From Macrostomum lignano (taxonomy: Eukaryota): a DNA stretch of 43,672 nt. Where the stretch lies: the NCBI GenBank assembly GCA_002269645.1, contig NIVC01004508.1, positions 1 through 43,672 on the forward strand, given 5' to 3'. The notes under the pieces were generated by a model that worked only from the letters and a program-made list of their open reading frames with translations, was not told the origin of the DNA and ran no database searches. Below, piece by piece: positions 33,101-43,672 of this stretch. Position 1 is the first letter of the stretch, and the number at the start of each line of letters is the position of its first letter. The position numbers were made by a program, and so were the translations under genes.

Positions 33101-36100
33101 TGATGACAGCGTCATCCTGCATGAGGTGGCGCTCGACTGGAGCTACCACCAGCCCACTGACCGGTGGCTAGCCGCCTTTCATCTGCCTTCAGATTACTGC
33201 GTCCAACGCCAGATCAAGGTTGGAGCTGACGCCACAGTGCTGGACCCGTGTTCCGAAGACAAAATTAAAGAACTCGTTGAGCACAGTGGACGCGGTGGTG
33301 GCGCCAACCTCAGCGAAGAGGCGCTCAACGAATCTTTTCAGCTGGCTGGCGAGAGAGCAAGGTGGGCAAGTTCTGGTAACTGTAGAAGTCTATGAACAGT
33401 TTGTTAGTTTTTAGTATTAATCCTGTTCACCAAGGGGGTTGATCCTAATAGTCAGGTTGGCGCTCCCATGTGCCAGCGGCCCAGGCTCGATTCTAAGGGC
33501 AGTCGCATTAATTTGGGGCTAAAATGCAATCTCAGCTTGGCTCTGCTTGTGTGCAATTAACGCTTTTGAAGGCCAACCCCCAAGGCACAGTGAAGAGTGA
33601 AGTGTACATGCCTAACGATAAATAATAAAGTTAGGGCCGCTGTACACTCTTGTGTGAGTGTGTGCCTGTGCGTATGACTGCGTCCATATCCTTGCGCTTG
33701 TGTACCTGCTCAGGGGAGTCGACAGAATGTGCAGCCATGCATCTCGCCGGTTGTTTGACAATGTCGCTTAAAGTGCGCGAGTAGCGAGCACCCTGCCCTG
33801 ACCTGAATTGAGTTACAAGTCCACCAAGCGCAATTAAAAACAACCTGCCATTGCAGAGCATATAATCCAAAAATTAGTCAAGGTTGTCAATCAGGTGCAT
33901 CTTTTCCCAAAAGCGTTGACGCTGGCAAGCGGCATCACAATATTCTTATCAGCTTTGCCCATTGACAAACCGCGGTAGAGTTCTGATTTAATCTCAATTG
34001 TCTCGTGTACTTGTTTTCTTTTCTAGATACAGCGACTTTGTCTGCTTGCGCTTTTCGGGTGGCAGCTCCAATGTCCCAGGCTCTGAAGGTTTCACCACTG
34101 TTGCTCACGGCGGTATCTTGCTAGTTTACCAGACTGTACACGGCCGCAATGTCAAGTGCAACTGCCGCAGAAGCGACGGCCCAACTGGCTATTTTTGCCA
34201 GATTGTCGTGTTTTCACTGCAGCAGCACGACTTGAGCCCGCGATTCGATTGGTCCAGCGTGTCCACAGCCACCGTGGAGGTGATGCAGAAGTTTCTGCCA
34301 ATCCGACGCCAGGAGTTGGCGCTGTGGCGCCTTCCGGCTATGCCCAGCACATCGTTGGCGCACAAGATCGCTCTGTTGGGCTCGAGAGAAGCTCGAATCT
34401 CGGGTGCGTTTAAATCTTCGTCATTTCAGTAGATCCTAAAATGTATTCGCATTGCAATGAGCGTCATCTACTGAGGATATTATCCCATCTGTCAACCTAT
34501 TGTGTTGTTAAATGTTTCAATTCCGAAGTGCGATTTAGAAGAGCTAAATAGTTTTTACATGCGTCCAAACACAATAGAAATTTCTTTACTCTAACACCAA
34601 AAACGTTCCACAGCTCGTTTTGTGGCCTAAGTCTCTGACCACTCACTCCAAGTCAATCGATCAAATTTTCTCTAGACTATACTTACAGATGTTCTCTAGA
34701 CCATTAAGTCAGCTATTTTCTAGACTACTGGCCTTTTGTTTTTAGGCGATTTTGTCAGATGTTCTCTACAATATTAAATCAGAGCTTACGTTGTCCTAAT
34801 AAGCCAGTTTTATTAAGTGCAAGCTACTACTTAAAGAATTGGTTAAAAAAAGCTTTTAACAAAATAGTTTTTTGTATTTTCTGCGCATTAAATATTCGGA
34901 TTGGATGCAAAACATTTTTAAATTTCATCTTTTTAGACGCAAGCTACGGTGAGAAGCTGCACCAGAAAGGTGTCGTGAGCTACTCGATTGAGACTGGCGC
35001 TGAGGAGCGGTTTAACGAGCACACTGGTCGCACTTACATTATGCGAAAGAGAATTCCGTGCAATGTGGCGCAAAATGATGCCATCACGGAGGCGATGAAG
35101 TACGACTTGACGCTCATCTGGGGCCCGCCAGGTGGGATTCTCATCACGCATTAATTCTATTTATTTGCAATGCTAAGTGCTATTATTCAGAACGAGAAAG
35201 CGCTTATTTGTTTTTTCACTTGCTGTATTTTAACAAGCTGGGTTTTATTTTTCTTTGTTTTTTTCATACTTTAATGCATGCTTGCCTACATACATGTACA
35301 ATATTGTCAGTATTACGTAATAATCGCTATATCAGCATGGAATCGACCTCAATTTTGCTATAGGGAAAAGAAGCTGTCTGCGCTTCAGAACTAATTGGGT
35401 AAGACAACAAAGAGATGCGACAGAATGTTTGCACTGTCAAAGATTTGCACTTCCTGATGGAAAGCTACATGTTCTATGTAATGCCAGATAATGACTCCAT
35501 GTGTTCGTTGGGGTAGAATACTGTCCATGTCTACCAACTCTTTGCACCGAAAATAACGTTTGTAAATGATTAGTGTCTACTTTTACGTTCACTCTAAGTA
35601 CGAGGATTAACTAACCTTTTCTTATGATATCCTTGATGTCTCTATAGGATGTCTCTTCAAGCTAAGAAAGCGGTCTTGTTTATTGTATCCACTGTTTTAA
35701 TCATTGGTGACGGTAGAAAATTTTTATTCAATATTAACTGTTTTTGAAAAGGAACAAAGCTGTTTTACTTAACAACCATTATATAATCTAGACGATTCAC
35801 GCGACATTTCAGGCACTGGCAAGACATCAACAGGCGTCATGCTCACTTACTGGTACGTTTTTGTAAATCGCTGCTTCGACGAAGACCAGTCAGATGTGGG
35901 ATCATCTGACGATTCTGGTGAAGACGACAACGATGACGATGACAACGGCAGCAACCCAAGTGAGAGCCAAATAGCAGTCGATGATGATAGCGAAGAAGCT
36001 GCGGCCATAGACTATTCGGCTTTCAGCAAAGGCAACGACAGTGGTCAAGATCAAACTGGAGAGCTTCGAGAGGCCTTGTCTAGAAGTTTAGCGGAACCTG

Positions 36101-39100
36101 GCGCAACTGACGGAGGCTGGAATATCGTGAGCTCAAAACGCCGCGCTGCTAGGCGGTCGACTCAAAGCCAAAGCTCTTTCGAACCGACAGCTGGGCCGAC
36201 TGAAACGACTCCAGTAGCACCGATGCGGTCGAAGCGCTTCGACAAACAGTTGACGGTTCGCGATGAAGAACTGCAGACACGTCGCCAGGTGCTGTACTGC
36301 GGCCCATCAAACCGATCCGTGGACGTCGTGGCCGAATATTTGAAGGCAAAGTTAGACAAAAAGTGTCCAACAATCGTTCGCGTCTTTAGCGAGCAACTGG
36401 AGCAGAAAAAGTACCCTGTGCCAGGCGAAGGTGTCAGCAATAACAGTGGCGATGTAGATTCTGGCGGCTACATAACTCCATTATTGCAGGTAGGGCTGAA
36501 TTGTATCCTATGTACAATTATATGTATCCTATGTATGTGTACAATGTATCCTATGCATAAGGTCCTATATATTGATGCATTTTATTGACTTTACAAAAGC
36601 ATACTGACTTACAAGCCTGGGGTCCGGTTCAGAGAAAGCATTCTTGCACCATTTTTTGTTGCGTGCTGCATGCAATTCATCAGCCAACAACATCCTTTTG
36701 ACTGAAATTAATGAACTATGCGATATGTTTCCAATGAATTTCAGGAAATGGCCCTGCACGAGCTGATTCGCAACCCGGATCGCAATCCGATTTCGGCAGA
36801 AACTCTGCTCGCATTCGACGATTTGTTTCGTCGGTTCTTGGACGCTGAAAGGCACACTACCGCTGCCTGGACGAGGGCCTTGACCCAGACTGCTGAGTCA
36901 AACTCCAAGTTTCAGTCCTATCTTAACCGCCTGGCACAGGAAATGGTCACTTCTGACCGAGGTAAATTGGATTTCAGAAGCTTTAGCTATCGAGACTTGT
37001 CGCTGCTTCAGTTAATAACAGTGTACAGAAAGGTTGTGACCGCGGCTAAGAAGCGCGTGCTGCAGCAGTTCGAAGTGATCCTGTGCACGACGTCAGTGAG
37101 CTGCAGCTCAGTACTGCAGACGGCCTGCAAGTTCAGCCAAATCATCATTGATGAGGCGGGCATGTGCACCGAGCCGGAGACCCTCGTGCCTCTGGTAGAC
37201 TGCTCACCAGCCAACCAGTCAACGATCAATGCGCAGGGGAAGAAGAAGGCATCGCACTTCACCGAGCGCCTGGTGCTCATCGGAGATCACAAGCAGCTTC
37301 GACCAATTATCCAGAATAGAACTGCTGAACAGCTCGGCTTGGGCGTGTCGCTTTTCGAGCGGCACAGCCATCGGGCGATTATGTTGAGCTATCAGTACCG
37401 AATGGTAAGCCTGATTTGATGCGCAAAAATAGTCGCTTTAGACAGAATCATGAGAAGCGCTTCGTTTAATAGCGACTTACATGCGTTTGTATTGCCAGTT
37501 CGTATAGAAAACGGCCTAAAAAGTGTAACATTTGTGCATGTATGCCGCTATCTTGAATTCCGACATAAAGCACTGATAAATTTAAATGCACAGTCTTTTG
37601 GGTCTACAGCTTGGGGCCGATGTGCACACAAACCTTTGTGACTGCCTAAGCAACCACGATCGTATTTCTGTCAAAATTCAGGGTTCAGGTCAAGTGGACA
37701 AACGTTCCATTTCTAACTCCTTGAGCCCCTTGAAAATTAAATACCCAGCTAATTGCATCACCCGCAGCACCCGAGCCTGTGCGAGTTCTCTGCCGACTAC
37801 TTCTACCGCACTAGTAGCGCTCATCTGCAAACGCGACAGTCGCCATCTTGGACTGGACTTCAAAGTGATGATGTTTGGGACCCCGACCGCGAATGGAACG
37901 GCATTAACACTCATCGCTTAGCAAAGCACTACGTGTTCGATTCCTACAACTTTCGCACTGAAGGTCGCGTTAGCGGTAAGCTGCGACTAGAGAACGCCAA
38001 TGTGCTCATTGGCTGCTGGCCCGGAGTGCGCAGGCCGGATGACTACCCAGTTGACTCCTATAGCAGCTCCTATAGCAGCTCCGTCTACTCTTCGCACCGA
38101 GTTGTACAGCCGACAGACCTGCACGTGAAAGGCGAAGAGGATCGCATTGTGTTCCTTCACGTTGAGGGAGTCGAAGAGAAGACCACCGTGTCCACGGAAG
38201 AGGGCTCCGAGGACTCGCGTCGGAACTTGGCGGAAGTTGAAGAAGTGGTAATGCTCGTTGCTTGTGATCCTAAAGAAGGTCCGATTGTTGCAAAACCAGA
38301 TATCGCGCGAAAACCCTTACTATTCTTTTACTATTCGTTTTACTATTCTTCTTCACTGATTTGCTATTTCACCCACCGCTAACAACTTGAATTTTTCACG
38401 TGAAAATCCAATTAAAACCGTCTGGTGGACATTGTGACCTTTCAGATTCGCGTCTATGAGGCAATCCGCAAACGAGCCGAGCGTCCTCGGCTTTTCAACG
38501 AATCTCTGGCAGTTCTGTCTCAGTACCGTTACCAGGTGAGCAGCATCGCCAAGAAGATACGCAGCTGCGGTGTCAAGTCGCCCATCGTCAAGACAGTCAT
38601 CGAAAGCCAAGGTAAGATTTGATTGCGTCGTGCTGATCATAACTGAGATTTGCTTCTGTAAGCTCGTAAAAGCTGCTAAGTAGTTCAAATTGCGTATTTT
38701 TTATAGAAGTGGCCTTTCTATCTTTAATAAGGTGCTCTGATATCTTTATATAAGAAGCCTCATAATTTTATCTCATTTGATTGATATCCCAGGTAGCGAA
38801 TTCGACTACGTCATTCTCTCCCTCGTGCGCTCGCTGCCCAACTACGAAATTCCGAAGTCCCCGATTCCAAGTTGGGAGCACAAGTATCTGGGATTTATTA
38901 CCGATGCCAACCAGATTAATGTGGCGCTCACTCGAGCTCGCAGAGGCCTCATTATTATCGGTATGTGCAACAACACTATTAAAGATCTTCCTAATTTGTA
39001 CGGACACAGAATCAATTGAAAGTCACTCATGGGAAACGCCTACCAAATCTTCTGTACTATTTAGGCAATCGGTTCCTGCTGCAAGCAAATCCGATGTGGA

Positions 39101-39786
39101 GCTCTCTGCTGTCCAGTCTGAGGAGCCGCCACTGCATCGTCGACAAGCCGGCCGACTTTCCCGCTAAGACTGGCGACAAGCGCTTTTACACGCGCGATGG
39201 CAACGACCCGAAACTGTCGGATCGCGACAGCGGTTCGTCTGCTAGGGCCTGGAATGGCGGCGGCGGCGGCGGACGGTGGAATGGCATGGAAAATTGGAAA
39301 TCGAGCCAGCAACAGCAGCAGCAGCGGTGGCAGCAGCAGCAGCGACAGCAGCAACCGCAGCAGTGGCAGCAGCAGCAGCGACAGCAACCGCAGCAGTGGC
39401 AGCAGCAGCAGCGACAGCAGCAACCGCAGCAGTGGCAGCAGCAGCAGCGACAGCAACCGCAGCAGTGGCAGCAGCAGCAGCGACAGCAGCAACCGCAGCA
39501 GTGGCAGCAGCAGCAGCGACAGCAGCAACCGCAGCAGTGGCAGCAGCAGCAGCGACAGCAGCAACCGCAGCAGTGGCAGCAGCAGCAGCGACAGCAGCAA
39601 CCGCAGCAGTGGCAGCAGCAGCAGCGACAGCAGCAACCGCAGCAGTGGCAGCAGCAGCAGCGACAGCAGCAACCGCAGCAGTGGCAGCAGCAGCAGCGAC
39701 AGAAGCAACCGCAGCAGTGGCAGCAGCAGCAGCAGAACTTTGTCTTGGTGCAAGATGATTTTCCTGCGTTGCCTCCAAAGAAATAG
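24834..39786 (+). CDS. HELZ2: HELZ2-like protein: cold-shock/OB + RNB (RNase II/R) exoribonuclease + UPF1-like SF1 helicase, ~2,592 aa, 16 exons
   Basis: Phase-consistent GT-AG exon model: 24834-24876, 25236-25492, 26855-27125, 27507-27949, 28205-28621, 29071-29329, 29382-30064, 31401-33361, 34027-34403, 34937-35131, 35813-36489, 36745-37404, 37768-38247, 38446-38611, 38793-38960, 39065-39786 (7,779 nt). RNB motifs TIDNPDTRDMDDAIS, IEELMVLAN, HFTSPMRRYPD. Helicase motifs GPPG|TGKT, PSNRSVD, IIDEAG, GDHKQLRP, QYRM|HP, QG|SEFD, NVALTRAR. The first four exons are less certain. Confidence 0.92.
27292..27390. repeat. 45-bp tandem repeat (~2.2 copies) in a predicted intron
   Basis: GATAGGG(C/G)GCACAAAAGGCTACCGAAAAGAGGCGCCAAAGCTACT repeated. 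Confidence 0.85.
30084..30113. repeat. (GT)n microsatellite in an intron
   Basis: Directly visible run of GT dinucleotides. Confidence 0.9.
39310..39735 (+). repeat. Coding 36/33-bp tandem repeat encoding (QQQQRQQQPQQW) x ~11
   Basis: 12 TGG codons between 39328 and 39720 at 36- or 33-nt spacing in the last exon. Confidence 0.95.
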
Positions 39787-42105
39787 ACTTCTGAACTGAA
39801 TCAGATTTTCGGAATCCGGAAGAGTACATGATTGGATATCATTGTTCTTGTACGTTGTGCAAGGCAACATTTTATTGACCATGTTACCTATTTTATTCCA
39901 GTTTTTAAAAGTTGGAAAACCTTGAATTCTCTGTTGGTGTTACTTTTACACAAGCTAGTGTGCCATTGGTGTATGAAACTTATCATAGTAAAGTAAGTCA
40001 TTTTTCGATCTATCGTTTAATCCCACGTTAGGTGGAGTATTTAGAACCTTCGACAATATTTATCAAAAATTATTCATGATGTATTAATGATAATATTCAT
40101 GGTTTTGTTTTAAGCATCTTATTGCGCATGCGAACAAATAGAATCTAGAATCCCGTAGCCATCAATTATCTTTATTTATGCTTATTTTTTAAATTGAGTA
40201 ATCTTGCAGATTGTTTTGAGCCTCGTAATCAACTTTTTTTCTGTTATCTTAGTATTATTTACAAACATTTCACTTTAAATGAGAAGTGCAACTTAACTCA
40301 TGATTAAACGTTTATTTATTAGAATAGTTTTGAAAAAAATAATTTACACAGTTTTTTCGTTTTTTATTAAGATTTTCACGCAAATGCTTACTGTTTTTGG
40401 TGGCTTGGTTTTCTTCCCACACATGTACTTTCCTCTTTGCGTTCATGACGCTCGAAAACATGAAATATAACATTTTTTCAACGATATGACTTTGACTTAT
40501 TTGACAAAAGCTGCAGGGCAGGCTGCGAACGCACATTCCGCTCATCCCTGAGCGGCTGACGTGTCGCTAGGAACGTAGAGTTGGCGCCGCCCAGGGAGGT
40601 CCCCTAGGGTCCCTCCTGGGAATGTAGCGCGTGATCTAATTGAAATTTTCGGATTCGCACGTGTAATATTTTAAAATATTAGATTAAAATAGATTAGGCA
40701 AATAGATTAGGCCCTAGGCAAACCTATTATTGGAGCATGTAGAGATTTTAAAGCTAATAATCCTATTTGCCTATCGCCGATCGGCGAGTCCTAACAGAGT
40801 GATAATCCTAGTTAAGAATGACTAATTAACGAGACTTGACGCTTTAATTTAGTTAATATAAAGTTACAAAATTTTGATTCGCGATTCGCAACGCAATTAA
40901 ACTCGAACAATAATAATTGAGATAAATATAACTGACGCAAATTTGGTGAGCGGATCTCAGCTCTAGACGAAGATGGAAGACAGAAAACCGAACACAGGAC
41001 CACGGAGAAAGCTCCCTAACCACACTGGCCTAAACCCAGAACCTCTCAAGCGAGGACCCTGACGGATTGACAGTTCAACGGAGCTCTGGCTAAGTCCTAC
41101 CAGCTCTGCCCTTCAGTGCAACACTGAGGCCCTCGGGGTCGAGGCCACGCACTTTGTCAAAACCGTCAGTTCCTGTCTAACTGCGCTTTTCGACGACACT
41201 CTCTGAACAGGGTTATCGCGAGTGTTACGCCAACAAGGCTAGTGCGGTCGGGCAAGGGGAACAAAGCAAAGACCGGGGGTCGATTCAATTAGGCGCCTCA
41301 AAGCGCAGCAAAAGGCAGAACGGCCGGGAGATGGGACAAAACCAGAGGCCAGGAAAAACAGAAGACAGAAGTGAGATCCGGCTGCCAAACATACTTTCAT
41401 TTATAGTCACATTCAAACCCTTCCAAACCCCCCTAAAGCCGGGTGATGGGTGTCTGGCCGGCCGCATCCGACTTGCATTGGACCCGCGGCGCTCTCTCAG
41501 GCCGGGTAGACTTGGTTTGCCGCGTGCCAGGGGTCCAGGCCGGTCGTGATTGGCTGGCCGCGCAAAGCTGGGGTACACTGTAAAACTGTTGACCCTAATA
41601 AGTGCACTCTTTGTTGTGTAGTCGGTTTGCAGATATGTACATCTGCTATGTACATCTGTTTTCCGATATTGATCTGTCGCAGCTAAATGAATATATAAGT
41701 ATAAATATACCAGTCGGTAGGCCAACTTGGTCTGAGTTCGTGAGTACCCCTAAATTCAGTCTGACTCTCTCAACACAACACTCTTAACATGGAATTCGCG
41801 TCTAGCTTTCTGGCCTGTTTACACTAATAATAAACTCTAAACTGAAAAGTACTTTGAAAAAACGTGTGACTAAAATAGAGCAAAATGCAACAATTACATG
41901 TAATATTGCAATAATTAATGACAATTAAAGGTAATTTACGCAAGATGCTCAAACTACACACGCTTCAATAATTGATGTGTGCAGTCCGAAGTATAAGTGA
42001 GTTTGGCTCAGTGACGTAGCCGGGGGGGGGCGGAGGACCGCGGCCCTCCCAATCGCCTGGGGGTGGGTGTTGGGCGCGGCGGGTACAAAAAAACCATGAG
42101 GCAAT

Positions 42106-42446
42106 TGAGTGCTTGCGGCGCTAAAATGAGTGCCTGCGGCGCTAAAATGAGTGGCTGCGGCGCTAAAATGAGTGGCTGCGGCGCTAAAATGAGTGCCTGC
42201 GGCGCTAAAATGAGTGCCTGCGGCGCTAAAATGAGTGCCTGCGGCGCTAAAGTGAGTGCCTGCGGCGCTAAAATGAGTGCCTGCGGCGCTAAAGTGAGTG
42301 GCTGCGGCGCTAAAATGAGTGCCTGCGACGCTAAAATGAGTGCCTGCGGCGCTAAAGTGAGTGCCTGCGGCGCTAAAATGAGTGCCTGCGACGCTAAAAT
42401 GAGTGCCTGCGGCGCTAAAGTGAGTGCCTGCGGCGCTAAAATGAGT
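42106..42446. repeat. 21-bp minisatellite (TGAGTGCCTGCGGCGCTAAAA), ~16 copies
   Basis: Directly visible; variants GGCTGC, GACGCT and AAAGTG. Confidence 0.95.
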
Positions 42447-42524
42447 AGGGGTCGATGCGGCGGAGTATATGTATGCGAGAGGGATCTTCCACGAGTCTTT
42501 AAGGCCGCATGCCATTACAACTAG

Positions 42525-42640
42525 TGCCTCTACCTTACCTACCTTGAATACTTAGAATACCTTGAATACCTTAAATACTTGAATACTTAGAGTGCCTCTA
42601 CCTTACCTACCTTATCTACCTTAAATACTCTACCTTGATA
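42525..42640. repeat. Degenerate short repeats (CTACCTTA / GAATACTT)
   Basis: Low-complexity TACCTT/AATAC units; AGTGCCTCTACCTTACCTACCTT occurs twice. Confidence 0.6.
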
Positions 42641-43672
42641 ACTGGTTTCGTCACCTGAGTTGCAGAAATTACAGTTCGCGTTGGGTGCTGACCTGCAAGT
42701 GCTGGTGCCTGGAGACGCAGCCGATGCGCTTAACACATGCGCTTTCTGCAATATCTAACATGTAACGTAGTCGTATTTATGTTTCCAGTCGATACATAGA
42801 TAGGGGAGGAAATGTATTGCTAATCGTATATTGTTGTAGTTCTACTATATGTGTATATACAGTTTTATTAAATAAATTTTAAATTTGAGTTTAGGGTTGT
42901 CGAGTGTGTTGAGTTCCCCGTATTCATATATAGTCCTTCTTCCCTCTCATATGCTTTACCGTAGCCAGACAGACTCCTACAACCGAGTTTAATACCTTTG
43001 AATATTTACTTTATAATACAATTAGCGATTTACTACAAAAATCTATAATTCTGGAAGCGGTCACATAAAATCGTCGAAAATTTCATGAATCCATCCATAA
43101 ATGCATAAAATAGCTTGTAGTAGCGATTTCTCTTTTCTCATGCGCTCAACAGACTGCAGACTCTCAAAAAATCATTACGTTTAACCGAAACATTGACTTT
43201 GAAACCACCGCTTTTTCAATTTTTTAAAATACGCTTGTTGCCACGCCTCTCGTGTCTGCGCTTACAGATCGACTGTGCTCTCGCGACCTGTCGCGCGCTC
43301 TGCTTCCTAGATGCGACTCGCTCAAAGTGCTTCTCCATCTTACACTTTCGAGGCATCTTTTGAGGCCTCGTCGACATTCCTAACGCTTGTTTCTTCTAAT
43401 TAAATCTCGGGAAAAGCTGATTTCTGGTCATTGTATGGTCCGGGATTTTACATGGTTCATTTAGCTACAGCTATGCGTTAGCAGTGCATCATACATGTAT
43501 GTACGAGTACACTTTAATGATTGTGCTGTTTAACACTAAAGATAATGTCTACACACATCGCTTTATAGAAATTTCTTAAGTTAAAAATGAACATCAGTAA
43601 ACATATGGTCGGAAATTTTCTGGAGTAATTCATCAGAAGCCGTAGTGTATTTCGATACAGTTTCGTAACATT

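Noticed and set aside
39061-39882. Long alternative-frame ORFs (poly-Ala, poly-Ser, poly-Leu)
   Set aside because: By-products of the stop-free CAG-rich repeat; only the Gln frame joins the spliced gene.
40540-41760. GC-richer block with short ORFs, possibly a TE fragment
   Set aside because: No recognisable domain, terminal repeat or TSD.
41949-42524. ORFs of 188 and 153 aa with THFSAAG / KMSACGA repeats
   Set aside because: Stop-free translations of a 21-bp minisatellite, with no other coding evidence.
42640-42680. GACGAAAC on the minus strand suggesting a hammerhead ribozyme
   Set aside because: No CUGANGA core or flanking stems found.

Overview
Eukaryotic, probably animal, genomic DNA (GT-AG spliced host gene). 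Positions 3158-21114 hold a full-length 17.96-kb Polinton/Maverick (adintovirus-like) endogenous virus. It has 305/307-bp TIRs ending AGTAGT...ACTACT and encodes pPolB, retroviral-type integrase, packaging ATPase, adenain-like protease, major and minor capsid proteins, a lectin-tipped fibre and adenovirus pX-like peptides. Many of its ORFs are broken by single-base homopolymer indels that look like long-read errors. Main discovery: a 334-nt ORF-less self-splicing group I intron (18747-19080) with a complete hand-foldable P1-P9 core and a Tetrahymena-like P5abc domain. It splits the Ca-binding loop of a parvovirus-type PLA2 domain fused to the integrase, directly downstream of a free-standing HNH-type endonuclease gene, which suggests a collaborative-homing module inside an animal nuclear virus-transposon. 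The element also carries five covarying 30-bp GC-rich double-hairpin inserts, internally palindromic TIRs and no target-site duplication. The right half holds an internally deleted Tc1/mariner element (22001-22707), a 16-exon HELZ2-like RNB exoribonuclease/SF1 helicase gene (24834-39786, about 2,590 aa, Q/W-repeat tail) and several tandem repeats. All structures were derived by eye; no searches or folding programs were run.
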